Source: an uncultured virus (IMG/VR IMGVR_UViG_3300037692_000302) (lineage: Duplodnaviria > Heunggongvirae > Uroviricota > Caudoviricetes). Taken from it: DNA of 64,000 nucleotides. Positions 16,915 through 26,499 of the stretch are shown here, piece after piece; within the stretch, counting starts at the first letter, position 1; each line of letters opens with the position of its first letter. A program made the position numbers and the translations under genes. The stretch is taken from the IMG/VR virus record IMGVR_UViG_3300037692_000302; one strand, written 5' to 3'. Below the pieces are notes generated by a model. It saw only the letters and a list, made by a program, of their open reading frames with translations, searched no databases and had not been told where the DNA came from.

Positions 16915-17436
16915 ATGCGCACCCGCGCCCACACCATCGCCACGCTTACCGCCGCCGCACTGCTCGCACTCACCGCATGTGGCACCGACAGCAGCGACTC
17001 CAGCACCAACGGAGCCGACGCGCCGGCCAACAGCAGCAGCGACAACAAGAGCGCCACCCCCGACGCCGAACAGGTCGTCAAAGCCCTCGTCGACGCCATC
17101 ACCGAAGCCGAGGGCGCCACCGTCTACACCGCCAAGACCGACAAGAACAATCTCCTCGGGCGTCCGGGCGGCTACACCTCCAAAGCCGACTTCACCGACG
17201 TCCGCGCCCAGCCCGACCTCGACGACGCCGTACAGAAAGGCGGAAGCGTCGAGGTGTACGACGACCCCGCAGACGCCAAGGAGCGTGTCGAGTTCATCGC
17301 CGCCACGTTGAAGAAGATGAAGATCTTTGGTACTGAGTACCACTACCTCAACGACGGCGTCCTCCTGCGCGTGTCCGGCGAGCTCACTCCCGACGAGGCT
17401 GCCGGATACGAGGGGGCACTGAACGAGCTGGACTGA
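16915..17436 (+). CDS. lipoprotein
   Basis: Signal peptide with lipobox LTAC, then a Ser-rich linker. Confidence 0.8.
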   Translation: MRTRAHTIATLTAAALLALTACGTDSSDSSTNGADAPANSSSDNKSATPDAEQVVKALVDAITEAEGATVYTAKTDKNNLLGRPGGYTSKADFTDVRAQPDLDDAVQKGGSVEVYDDPADAKERVEFIAATLKKMKIFGTEYHYLNDGVLLRVSGELTPDEAAGYEGALNELD

Positions 17437-17440
17437 TCCG

Positions 17441-17473
17441 CCGGAAGATCACCGCAGCGTGCCGGGCCACAAT
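17441..17473 (+). promoter_or_regulatory. putative late promoter, leaderless to terS
   Basis: CCGGAA, CACAAT at +27, ATG 7 nt later. Confidence 0.65.
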
Positions 17474-17480
17474 CCACCCC

Positions 17481-18038
17481 ATGACCGCCTACCCGGCGCG
17501 CTGCCCAGCACGCAACCTCAACGGCCGCATGTGCAGCGCCCCCGCAGGCCAAGGCACCAACCACCCCGGATACGGCACCTGCATCTGGCACCTAGGCGCC
17601 ACCCGCCCCGTCGAGGAGGCATGGACCATGGCCCAAGAACTCGCCGCAGAGCACAACATCACCCCCCACGAAGCGCTCCTCGGCCTCGTACGCACCGCAT
17701 CCGCACGCGCCGCATGGACCGACCTCATCGTCGCCAACACCATGCGCGAACACGTCGAGGGCGGCGGTGACCCGCTGAAGCCGCCGTCGGGGGTGCTGCC
17801 GTGGCTTGCTCAGTCCCGCCTCGAACGGAAGATCGCCGCAGGCACCGCGAAGCAGGCCGTAGACGCAGGGGTGATGGTCGCCTTGGAACGACGCCTCGAC
17901 ATGGAGGGCGAGCTGGTGGCATCCGCGCTCGCCGCCGCACTGGATTCGCTGGAGCTGGACCACGAGCAGCGAGTGAAGGCGTTGGGCGCCGCGCAGCAGC
18001 ACCTCCTCGGCGCCGGCGGAACAGCCATCGCAAGCTGA
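17481..18038 (+). CDS. probable terminase small subunit
   Basis: N-terminal C..C..GTNH.G.G.C..HLG zinc motif; first gene of the packaging region. Confidence 0.6.
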   Translation: MTAYPARCPARNLNGRMCSAPAGQGTNHPGYGTCIWHLGATRPVEEAWTMAQELAAEHNITPHEALLGLVRTASARAAWTDLIVANTMREHVEGGGDPLKPPSGVLPWLAQSRLERKIAAGTAKQAVDAGVMVALERRLDMEGELVASALAAALDSLELDHEQRVKALGAAQQHLLGAGGTAIAS

Positions 18039-18049
18039 GGCCGCCCGGT

Positions 18050-18082
18050 CCGGAACGGGCGCACGGATTCCGCTGGCATCCT
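18050..18082 (+). promoter_or_regulatory. putative late promoter, leaderless to the nucleotidyltransferase
   Basis: CCGGAA, CATCCT at +27, ATG 7 nt later. Confidence 0.55.
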
Positions 18083-18089
18083 GCCGCGC

Positions 18090-18752
18090 ATGAGAGGCGT
18101 CATCCTTGCCGGCGGCCGGGGCACCCGGCTCGGCGACACCACCCGCGTCGTCAACAAGCATCTGCTGCCCGTGTACGACCAGCCGATGATCTACCACCCC
18201 ATCCGTACCCTCCGGGCGATGGGATGCGACGACATCCTCATCGTCACCGGCGGGGAGAACGTCGGCGGGTTCGCCCAGCTGTTGGGGTCCGGGTTCACGT
18301 ACCGGGTGCAGGAGCAGCCGGACGGGATCGCCGGGGCTCTCGCCAAGGCGGAGGGCTACATCGACGGCCTGTTCCCCGTAGTCCTGGGGGACAACTACTT
18401 CGCGGCCGACTTCGTCATGCCGGACCGGCCGTCGATCTACACGGCGCGTACGGAGCGCCCGTCGGCGTTCGGGATCTACGAGCCGGGCAGCGGGCGGATC
18501 GTGGAGAAACCGAAGGACCCCGTGTCGGATCTCGCGGTGACCGGGCTGTACGTGTACGACGACCGGGTCTTCGACACCATCCGCGGCCTGGTCCCGTCAG
18601 GCCGCGGCGAGTTGGAGATCACGGATGTCAACAACTGGTACCTCCAGCACGGCCTGATGGACGTGCACCCGGTGCCGGGGGTGTGGTCGGACATGGGGAC
18701 CCCCGACTCCTTGCTCCGTGCCGCACTGCACGCACAGGCGGCTGCCGGATGA
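18090..18752 (+). CDS. sugar-1-phosphate nucleotidyltransferase (RmlA-like)
   Basis: GVILAGGRGTRL..T..NKHLLPVYD.PMI; LGDN; EKP; RGELEITD; WSDMGT. Confidence 0.92.
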   Translation: MRGVILAGGRGTRLGDTTRVVNKHLLPVYDQPMIYHPIRTLRAMGCDDILIVTGGENVGGFAQLLGSGFTYRVQEQPDGIAGALAKAEGYIDGLFPVVLGDNYFAADFVMPDRPSIYTARTERPSAFGIYEPGSGRIVEKPKDPVSDLAVTGLYVYDDRVFDTIRGLVPSGRGELEITDVNNWYLQHGLMDVHPVPGVWSDMGTPDSLLRAALHAQAAAG

Positions 18753-18976
18753 GCGCGCCGGAGGCTGGCCGTGGCGCCTCGGCACAGAACACGCAACGGG
18801 CCCTCGACGCCGCGGAGCGGGAAGTCTCATCGATCCCCGTCGGACAGATCAAGACAGATGTGCTGCTGGCGCACTCAGCCAAAGCGCAGGTCTTCACGAA
18901 CGCCGCCATCGCTCACGCCCTCCTGGAGATCGGCGACGTGCTGCGCGCGGCCTTGGGGGAGCAGCCCGATGCGTGA
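18749..18976 (+). CDS. hypothetical protein
   Basis: ATGA overlap within the operon. Confidence 0.5.
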   Translation: MSAPEAGRGASAQNTQRALDAAEREVSSIPVGQIKTDVLLAHSAKAQVFTNAAIAHALLEIGDVLRAALGEQPDA

Positions 18977-19637
18977 CCTCTTCCGGGCGGCCGTCATCCC
19001 CACCCGGGACCGGCACGACATGCTCGACGACTGCATCAACTCCGTCATCGACCAAGTCGACCGCATCATCGTCCTCGACAACCTGTCGAACCCGCCCATC
19101 GACCCCGAGCCGTGGCACGGCAAAGTCGGCGTCGTATCCCTCCCCATCGACCCGCCGAACATCAGCATCCTGTGGAACGTCGGCATCGCCCTCGCGGACG
19201 CCAGCTCGCCCACAGACGCGTGGGACATCGCCGTCCTCAACTCCGACGTAGTCGTACCGCCCGGCTGGATCGACGCCCTGTCCACCGCCATGCGCTCCAC
19301 CACCGCGGTCCTCGCCTACCCGGACCAGCACGGCGGCCAGCAGCAGATCCTCCACACCCGAGCCGAGCCCATAGACCTGCGGCAGCGCATCACCGGCTAC
19401 GCGTTCATGCTCCGCGGCGAGGCAGGGCTACGGCTCGACGAGTCGATGGCGTGGTGGTTTTCGGACGACGATTTGTGCTGGCGCGCCCGGGAAGCGGGGG
19501 GTGGCCTCCTTGTCCCCGGTATCCCCGTCGAACACCGCGCCCCCAACGTGTCCACCCACGAACGCCCCGAACTGCTGGAACAAACCGGCCGCGACCGCGC
19601 CACCTTCCAACAGAAATGGGGCCGCACCCCATGGTGA
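18969..19637 (+). CDS. glycosyltransferase, GT2-like
   Basis: VIPT.DR...L..CI.S...IIVLDN.S; LNSD; DDDLC.RA. Confidence 0.85.
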   Translation: MRDLFRAAVIPTRDRHDMLDDCINSVIDQVDRIIVLDNLSNPPIDPEPWHGKVGVVSLPIDPPNISILWNVGIALADASSPTDAWDIAVLNSDVVVPPGWIDALSTAMRSTTAVLAYPDQHGGQQQILHTRAEPIDLRQRITGYAFMLRGEAGLRLDESMAWWFSDDDLCWRAREAGGGLLVPGIPVEHRAPNVSTHERPELLEQTGRDRATFQQKWGRTPW

Positions 19638-19654
19638 AAGAGAGCAGGAGCAGC

Positions 19655-20473
19655 ATGCGCCGCATCGCAGTCACCGGAGGCTCCGGCTTCCTCGGCCAAG
19701 CCACCATCCGAGCCGCCGAAACCGCCGGCCACACCGCCTGGTCGTTCGACCGTGCGCACGGCAACGACATCCTCGGCAGCCTCGAAGCCTTGGGTGGCGC
19801 GGACACCGTCATCCACCTGGCGGGCATGCTCGGTACGTCGGAGCTGTTCGACGACGTCGAGGCCGCGATCGAAGCCAACGTGGTCGGCGCATACCGCGTG
19901 CTGCGCTGGTGCGAGGAGAACGGCGCGGCGTACGTCGGCATCACGATGCCGCCCGTGTTCCCGTCGGTGTACACGGCGACGAAGGTGTGCGCGGACAGGT
20001 TGGCCACCGCGTGGCATGAGGCGCACGGTGTGCCTGTCGCCCACGTGCGGGCATTCAACGCGTACGGTCCGGGCCAGAAGTGGGGGCCTGGTCATCCGCA
20101 GAAGATCGTGCCGACGTTTGCGCGCGCCGCATGGGAGGGGAAGCCGTTGCCGGTGTGGGGGGACGGCGAGCAGACCATGGACCTGGTGCACGCGGACGAC
20201 GTCGGCCGGATGCTCGTCGAAGCCTGCTCTCACGGCGACGATGTGACGTTCGATGCGGGCAGTGGGCTGGCGGTCACCGTCAACGAGCTGGCCGCGTTCG
20301 TCCTCGATCAGACGGGGTCGACGGCGGGTGTGGAGCATCTGCCGATGCGGACTGGGGAGACGCCGACGCGGATCGTCGCTGAGGGTGAGGGTTGGGAGCG
20401 GCTGGATTGGAAGCCGTCGCATGAGTGGTCGCGTGTGGCGGCGGCTGTGGAGTGGTATCGGTCGACGGTATGA
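19655..20473 (+). CDS. NAD-dependent epimerase/dehydratase
   Basis: VTGGSGFLG, HLAG, YTATK, FNAYGPGQ, GDGEQTMD. Confidence 0.92.
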   Translation: MRRIAVTGGSGFLGQATIRAAETAGHTAWSFDRAHGNDILGSLEALGGADTVIHLAGMLGTSELFDDVEAAIEANVVGAYRVLRWCEENGAAYVGITMPPVFPSVYTATKVCADRLATAWHEAHGVPVAHVRAFNAYGPGQKWGPGHPQKIVPTFARAAWEGKPLPVWGDGEQTMDLVHADDVGRMLVEACSHGDDVTFDAGSGLAVTVNELAAFVLDQTGSTAGVEHLPMRTGETPTRIVAEGEGWERLDWKPSHEWSRVAAAVEWYRSTV

Positions 20474-21141
20474 GCGATGTAGCGATCCTGTCTGCGGTGT
20501 ACGACCAGTACGACGAGCTGAAGGAAGCGGTGCCCCAAGACGGCGTCCAGGTGGACTGGGTGTTCGTCACCGACGATCCGGTGCTCGGGGGGAAGGAGTC
20601 GTTCCAGGGCTGGCGGGTGGTGTACGAGCCGCGCCCGGACGTGCATCCGAACAGAGCGGCGAAGCATCCGAAGTACGAGCCGTGGCGGTACACGGATGCG
20701 TACGCCTCTATCTGGGTGGACGCCTCATTCCGCATCGTCTCCGACCGGTTCGCGGTCGAGGCGACGGCCGGGCTGACGGACGAGGAGCCGATCGCGCAGT
20801 TCGCCCACCCCTGGCGGGGGTGCTTGTTCGACGAGGCCCGAGAGTCGGCGGGGCTGGCGAAGTACACGGGCGAGCCTGTGCTGGAGCAGGCCGAGTCGTA
20901 CCGGGCGGCCGGGCACCCGGAGGGCTGGGGACTGTGGGCGACCGGGGTGATCGCCCGCCGTCACACTGAGGCGGTGCGGCGGATGGGTTGGCTGTGGCTG
21001 GCGGAGACGTACCGGTGGTCGTTTCAGGATCAGATCTCGCAGCCGTTCGCGTTGCGGGAGAAGGGGCTGCGCCCGACGGCGTTCCCCGGGTCGCATCTGG
21101 CCACGCCGTGGCTGGCTTACGAAGGAAGCGGAAGGCACTGA
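20470..21141 (+). CDS. glycosyltransferase-like protein (DUF616/TOD1-MUCI70-like)
   Basis: SAVYDQYD.L; FVTD; IWVDAS; HP.R.C..DEA; DQIS. Confidence 0.75.
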   Translation: MSDVAILSAVYDQYDELKEAVPQDGVQVDWVFVTDDPVLGGKESFQGWRVVYEPRPDVHPNRAAKHPKYEPWRYTDAYASIWVDASFRIVSDRFAVEATAGLTDEEPIAQFAHPWRGCLFDEARESAGLAKYTGEPVLEQAESYRAAGHPEGWGLWATGVIARRHTEAVRRMGWLWLAETYRWSFQDQISQPFALREKGLRPTAFPGSHLATPWLAYEGSGRH

Positions 21142-21404
21142 TGAACGAGCAGACACCGAGCGTGGGTAGGATCGTCCACTACGTCTCGCATGGGACCCCG
21201 GTCCGGGAGGACGGCACGCAGGCGTACGCGGCGAAGTGCCGGGCCGCGATCGTCACCGAGGTCGACGGGGTCAAGCCGTTCTGGGTGGGCCTCGCTGTCC
21301 TCAACCCGACGGGCCAGTTCTTCCACTCCCTGGACAGCGGCGGCTGCATGGCCGACTTCACCGAGAACCAGGGCGGCTCCTGGCACTGGCCGGAGCGTGT
21401 GTGA
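21141..21404 (+). CDS. phage hypothetical protein
   Basis: PSVGRIVHYV...RAAIVT...WHWPERV. Confidence 0.7.
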   Translation: MNEQTPSVGRIVHYVSHGTPVREDGTQAYAAKCRAAIVTEVDGVKPFWVGLAVLNPTGQFFHSLDSGGCMADFTENQGGSWHWPERV

Positions 21405-21841
21405 TGGCGAGCATCGAGATCGGCGGCGGCCACCTGGTCCAGCCCGGCTGGATCAACCTGGACCCCCGGCACGGATCCGGCGAGTGGAAGCGGGAAGCCC
21501 AGGACACACCCTGGCCGACCGGAGACCACACCGTGGACGCGATGCGGGCCAGCCACGTCATGGAGCACATCCCCGCCGGTCAGCCGCGCATTGACGTGAT
21601 GAACGAGGCGCACCGCGTCCTCAAGCCCGGCGGCGTGTTCGAGATCCGGGTACCCAACGCGTCGCAGGGCTGGCACGCGTACGCCGACCCCACCCACGTC
21701 AGCTTCTGGATCATCGAGTCGTTCCACTACTTCGACGGAACGAAGGCCGCGCATGCGGACTACGGCATCCGCCTATGGACCACGCGCGAGCTGCTGATCC
21801 AAGGCGACAACGAGATCCTCTGGAAGGGGACGCCACGGTGA
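21404..21841 (+). CDS. class I SAM-dependent methyltransferase
   Basis: IEIGGG, W.NLD, SHVMEH, RVLKPGG, DPTH. Confidence 0.85.
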   Translation: MASIEIGGGHLVQPGWINLDPRHGSGEWKREAQDTPWPTGDHTVDAMRASHVMEHIPAGQPRIDVMNEAHRVLKPGGVFEIRVPNASQGWHAYADPTHVSFWIIESFHYFDGTKAAHADYGIRLWTTRELLIQGDNEILWKGTPR

Positions 21842-22074
21842 GCGCTCGTGACGCTCTCGTGTCTGCGCTGTGGGACAACTACACCGCAGCCCAGAAGAAC
21901 GCGTTCATCGACGCCTTCGCGCACGAACTCGCGGAGAAGCAGCGGGCGGAGCAGGCGCGGCGCGAGACGGAGCAGCGGAGCAGCTTTGGCCACCTGGACC
22001 ACGAGTGCGAAATGCAGGGCGGAGCTGTGCGTCATATGGCCGACTTCATCGATCCACTGAAGGGCGCGACGTGA
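21838..22074 (+). CDS. hypothetical protein
   Basis: GTGA overlaps at both ends. Confidence 0.5.
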   Translation: MSARDALVSALWDNYTAAQKNAFIDAFAHELAEKQRAEQARRETEQRSSFGHLDHECEMQGGAVRHMADFIDPLKGAT

Positions 22075-22655
22075 AGCCGGGGGTGACGGTGGTGACCCCT
22101 TTCCACGACCAGCGGCGCACCAACGGCATGCTCGAACGCGCCGCCGCCTCCGTCCGCGCACAGACCGTCCCCGTCGAACACATCCTCGCCGAAGACATCC
22201 ACCACATGGGTGCCGCCATCACCCGCGCCCACGGCCTCGCCCTCGTGGAGACGGAGTGGGTTGCGTTCCTCGACAGCGACGACGAGATGGACCCCGACCA
22301 CATCGAGCAACTCCTCGCCTGCGCCGAGCAGACGGGCGCTGACTACGTGTACCCGTGGTTCCGGGTGCGCGGCGGCACCGACCCGTTCCCCATGTTCTTC
22401 GGGAAGCCCTTCGACCCCGCCTGCCCGAACTCCACCACCATCACGATCCTCGTCCGCACCGAGCTGGCCAAGACGGTCGGGTTCGTCCGCGACCCGGCGA
22501 CACAGGCAAGCGGCGAAGACTTCCTGTTCACCAAGGGCTGCATCGCCACCGGGGCGAAGATCGTGCACCTGCCGCGCCGGAGCTGGACCTGGCATCACCA
22601 TGGCGGGGGCAACACCAGCGGCCTCCCCACCCGAGGCGACGCCCGCCGCCGCTGA
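22071..22655 (+). CDS. glycosyltransferase, GT2-like
   Basis: VTVVTP; SV.AQT; WVAFLDSDD; GED. Confidence 0.88.
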   Translation: MKPGVTVVTPFHDQRRTNGMLERAAASVRAQTVPVEHILAEDIHHMGAAITRAHGLALVETEWVAFLDSDDEMDPDHIEQLLACAEQTGADYVYPWFRVRGGTDPFPMFFGKPFDPACPNSTTITILVRTELAKTVGFVRDPATQASGEDFLFTKGCIATGAKIVHLPRRSWTWHHHGGGNTSGLPTRGDARRR

Positions 22656-22658
22656 CTT

Positions 22659-22691
22659 CCGGAACCCGCCAGCCGCAACACGCCCGACAAT
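22659..22691 (+). promoter_or_regulatory. putative late promoter, leaderless to terL
   Basis: CCGGAA, GACAAT at +27, ATG 6 nt later. Confidence 0.6.
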
Positions 22692-22697
22692 CCGGCC

Positions 22698-24092
22698 ATG
22701 ACCACCGAGGACAGGGCCCACGTCGCACAGCGCGCAGCCGCCGCGCTCGACGCCCTCCTCGCACCACGCTGGACACCGTTGCCCCACCAGATCCCACCAC
22801 CAGGCAACTGGGGAGGCTGGGTACTTTTGGGAGGCCGAGGCAGCGGCAAGACGGACGCCTGCGCCGCCTACATCGACGCCCACATCAACGGCCCACCCTG
22901 CATCCCCGGCCCCGTCCCACACTGGATCGGCATCATCGCCCCCACCCTCGGCGACGCCGCCACCTCCTGCTACGCCGGCCCATCCGGGATCCGCGCACAC
23001 AGCCCCGGCGCGAAACTCGTCAACGGCCCCGGCGGCCTCACCGTCCGCTGGCCCAACGGCTCCGAAGCGAAACTCTTCGGCGCCCACAGCCCCGAAGACG
23101 TCGAACGCCTCCGCTCCGGCGGTAACCGATGCGCCGTCTGGGGAGAGGAACTGGCAGCGTGGCGGCATCTAGACGACGCATGGGACCACATGCGCTTCGG
23201 CCTGCGGACCGGGCCGCGCCCGCACTGGATCGCGTCCACCACACCGAAGCCGAAGCCGCTCATCAAGCGCCTGGCGGCCGGTGAGGAGCGCAACGTCGTG
23301 CTGACCACGGCCACGACGTACGACAACCCGCACCTTGAACAGCACATCCGCGACCAGCTGGAGGAGACGTACGGCGGCACGCAGCTCGGCCAGCAGGAGC
23401 TTCTCGGCCTCATCATGGACCAGGACGAGAACGCCCTCTGGACTCGGGCAATGCTCGACGCTTCCCGGGTGCGGCCGGCGGACGTGCCCGACTTGGCGCG
23501 GATCGCGGTCGGCGTCGACCCGTCCGGTGGTGCCGGCGAGCAGGGCATCGTTGTGGTGGGTAAGTCGGGGCTCATCACGCCGCTGCGCCTGGTGTCGGAC
23601 GACGGTACGGTGCCGGGCCCGGTGCGGCCGGAGCATCACGGGTATGTCCTCGATGACCGGACGTGCAAGCTTCCGCCGGATGGCTGGGGGCGGCGGGCGG
23701 TGCAGGCGGCGATCGACTGGGGCGCCGATGAAATCGTGTGTGAGGTCAACTTCGGAGGGGCCATGGCCGTGGCCACGATTCGTACGGCGGCCGATGCGTT
23801 GGGCGTGAACATCCCCATCCGTACCGTCACCGCTACCCGGGGCAAGGCGGTGCGTGCGCAGCCGGTTGCCGCACTCACCGCGCAGGGGCGTTGGCATATG
23901 GCCGGCGTGTTCCCCGAGTTGGAGGAGCAGCTCGTCACTTGGTATCCGGAGATCGGCTGGTCACCGGATCGACTCGACGGGATGGTATGGCCGGCGTGGC
24001 ACTTGAAGTTGGTGCGTACGACGGCGGGTGGTCTGGGTTCGTTGGGTGGGGATCTGGCCAGAAAGCAGATTGTTGGCGGGCGGCTACGGTGA
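22698..24092 (+). CDS. terL: terminase large subunit
   Basis: GGRGSGKT Walker A; WGEE Walker B-like; STTP; GVDP nuclease motif; SPDRLD. Confidence 0.93.
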   Translation: MTTEDRAHVAQRAAAALDALLAPRWTPLPHQIPPPGNWGGWVLLGGRGSGKTDACAAYIDAHINGPPCIPGPVPHWIGIIAPTLGDAATSCYAGPSGIRAHSPGAKLVNGPGGLTVRWPNGSEAKLFGAHSPEDVERLRSGGNRCAVWGEELAAWRHLDDAWDHMRFGLRTGPRPHWIASTTPKPKPLIKRLAAGEERNVVLTTATTYDNPHLEQHIRDQLEETYGGTQLGQQELLGLIMDQDENALWTRAMLDASRVRPADVPDLARIAVGVDPSGGAGEQGIVVVGKSGLITPLRLVSDDGTVPGPVRPEHHGYVLDDRTCKLPPDGWGRRAVQAAIDWGADEIVCEVNFGGAMAVATIRTAADALGVNIPIRTVTATRGKAVRAQPVAALTAQGRWHMAGVFPELEEQLVTWYPEIGWSPDRLDGMVWPAWHLKLVRTTAGGLGSLGGDLARKQIVGGRLR

Positions 24093-24538
24093 CGGGCATG
24101 AATCCGTGGTTGTTCCTGGTCCTGCTGCCCGCGATGGCGTTGACGACATACCGGTTGACCCGGTTGGTCGTGGCTGACACCTTCCCTCCGGCGTTGTGGC
24201 TGCGGGACCGTCTCGTCGGCGGCTGGCGTCCCCTCGCCTCGAAGGAGTCGGAGAGTCACCCGCTTCCGGTCATGGAGGAGGGGCAGTCGGCCACCGTGGC
24301 ACGGCTCGGCGGTTTGACGGTGATCGACGGTCAGATGAACCGGTATGTGGAGCGGGCTCGTTGGGTGCCGCACTGGTTGGCGGATCTGTTGTCGTGCCCG
24401 TTCTGCGCTTCGGGGTGGATCGGTGCGGGGGTGGTAGCGGGTGCGTGGTTTGCCCCTGCTGGCGCGTCGGTGCCGGTGCTGTGCTGGTTCTCGGCGTGGG
24501 CGATCGGCGGACTGATCGCGGCGCAGGACTGGGCGTAA
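24089..24538 (+). CDS. DUF1360-like membrane protein
   Basis: YRLTRLVVAD..P; L.SCPFCASGW. Confidence 0.75.
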   Translation: MTGMNPWLFLVLLPAMALTTYRLTRLVVADTFPPALWLRDRLVGGWRPLASKESESHPLPVMEEGQSATVARLGGLTVIDGQMNRYVERARWVPHWLADLLSCPFCASGWIGAGVVAGAWFAPAGASVPVLCWFSAWAIGGLIAAQDWA

Positions 24539-24660
24539 GTGGGCGCGTAGCATCGTGGGTGCAGGAGAGCGGGCCCGGTCGCTTTCTCGGAGACCGGGCT
24601 CGGTGGATGGGTGGCTGAGGGCCGTTCGCGGTGGGCATCGCGGGCGGCCCTCACTCATGC

Positions 24661-24693
24661 CCGGAATGATCTTCACTGTGCCGCTCCTACCCT
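24661..24693 (+). promoter_or_regulatory. putative late promoter upstream of portal
   Basis: CCGGAATGATC, TACCCT at +27. Confidence 0.65.
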
Positions 24694-24726
24694 CCCTCGC
24701 AGACGGCGAGCAGGGAGCGAGCGCAC

Positions 24727-26499
24727 ATGGCCTGGTGGCATGCATTCAGTCGACGCGGCACCCCCACGCCCAAACCGCACACGCCCACACAACCCAACGC
24801 ACTCACCTCCGCCGCAGCCCCCGTCACCAGCCCCCGCACCGAACTCATCCGCAACACCGACGGCTGGCAAGAAGAAGCCTGGGGCTACCACGAGACGCTG
24901 GGCGAATTCCGGTACGCCGTCGACTGGGAAGCGAAGATGCTCTCCCGCGTCCGACTCTTCGCCGCCAAACTCGAACCCGGCGCCGACGAACCCGTACGCG
25001 CCGACGCCGGAACCGCCGTCGACCTCCTCACCAACATGGCCGGAGGCGTCGCCGGACAAGCCGTCATCATGGACGGCCTCGGCACCCAGCTGTCCGTACC
25101 CGGCGAGGGCTACGTCATCGTCGAAAACGTGAACGGCGTGGAGCGGTGGTCGGTGCGCTCCATCGACGAAGTCCGCGTCGCACGCGGCCGGTACGAGGTG
25201 ACCGACGAGAACGCCGTCAACGGCGCCAACATCTGGCGCCCCCTCGCACCCGACTCACTGAATCCGCTGCGCGTGTGGCGCCCGAACAAGCGCTACCACC
25301 ACATCGCCGACAGCCCGGCCCGCGCGGCCCGCTCCACCATGCGCGAGCTGGAGCTCGTGAACCGGCACATCATCGCCCAGTACCTGTCGCGGCTCGCGTC
25401 GGCCGGGGTGGTGCTCTTCCCCGAGGAGATCACGTTCCCCGTTCGCGAGGAGTTCGCGGACGCCCCTGACCCGTTCATGGCCGAGTGGATCGAGATCGCA
25501 TCCGAAGCCATCCGGACACCCGGTACAGCGGCAGGGATTGTCCCGCTCCCGATGAAGCTCCCGGGCGAGTGGATCGACAAGGTGAAGCACGTCGACTTCA
25601 CCCTGAAGATCGACGAGAAGATCATCGAGAAGCGCGAGTCCGCCATCAAACGGCTCGCCTCCCAGCTGAACATCCCCGCCGAAATCCTCCTCGGCATGGG
25701 CGACGTTAATCATTGGGGGGCATGGCAACTGGAGGAGGGCGCCCTCAAAACCAACATCGCCCCCGAAGCCGAGCTGATCGCGCAGGCGCTTACCACCGGC
25801 TACCTCCAGCCCCGGCTCCGGGCGTCCGGCGTCGAGGACTGGGCGAGCTGGGTCGTCTGGTACGACATGTCGGAACTCACCCTCCGCCCCGACCGCTCCG
25901 ACGACGCCATCGCCCTCTACGACCGGCTCGAACTCAACGGCACCGCACTGCGCCGCGAGACCGGCTTCGACGAGGCCGACAAGCCGACCAACGAGGAACT
26001 CAAGGAACAAGCCCTCAAGGTCATCATCCACACGCTGCCGTCCGGCGCCGGATCCGCCCTCACCGAACTCATCGGCGAACAGGTCACCATCGCCGCGACC
26101 GCGCCCATCGCCCCGGGCAAACAACCGGCGCCGGAGCCCCCACCGGAAGAGCGCACGCCACCCGATCCCGAAGCCGCCCGCGCAGTGACGGCACAGGCCC
26201 GCGAAGACCGCATGGTCCGACAGTCCCGCGAACTACACGCCGTCAGGTTCACGGTCGGCCGGGCGCCGGATCTGCTGCACCCGGCCGGCTGTACGCAGCA
26301 CGCCTACAGCTGCCCGTTCACGCATGCCGTGGTGAAGCTCGACGCGCTGCCGCGCCCGGGGACGTCCGGGACGTACGAGGTGCGGCTCGACACATTCGGC
26401 CGTCTGGCGATCGGCCGGCTTGCCCCGCATCTGGATACGAGCGGGTTCCTGTCCACCTCTCCTCGGAGTTCCAATGGGTTCGCTCACAGCCGCGGCTGA
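24727..26499 (+). CDS. portal protein
   Basis: Follows terL; WQEEAW..Y...GE; ADSP; SRLASAG; NHW motifs of actinophage portals. Confidence 0.85.
   Translation: MAWWHAFSRRGTPTPKPHTPTQPNALTSAAAPVTSPRTELIRNTDGWQEEAWGYHETLGEFRYAVDWEAKMLSRVRLFAAKLEPGADEPVRADAGTAVDLLTNMAGGVAGQAVIMDGLGTQLSVPGEGYVIVENVNGVERWSVRSIDEVRVARGRYEVTDENAVNGANIWRPLAPDSLNPLRVWRPNKRYHHIADSPARAARSTMRELELVNRHIIAQYLSRLASAGVVLFPEEITFPVREEFADAPDPFMAEWIEIASEAIRTPGTAAGIVPLPMKLPGEWIDKVKHVDFTLKIDEKIIEKRESAIKRLASQLNIPAEILLGMGDVNHWGAWQLEEGALKTNIAPEAELIAQALTTGYLQPRLRASGVEDWASWVVWYDMSELTLRPDRSDDAIALYDRLELNGTALRRETGFDEADKPTNEELKEQALKVIIHTLPSGAGSALTELIGEQVTIAATAPIAPGKQPAPEPPPEERTPPDPEAARAVTAQAREDRMVRQSRELHAVRFTVGRAPDLLHPAGCTQHAYSCPFTHAVVKLDALPRPGTSGTYEVRLDTFGRLAIGRLAPHLDTSGFLSTSPRSSNGFAHSRG

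Noticed and set aside
18090..22655. Host polysaccharide or antibiotic-sugar cluster interrupting the phage
   Set aside because: Genes are interleaved with typical phage hypotheticals, share the phage late-promoter motif and lack transport or polymerase genes
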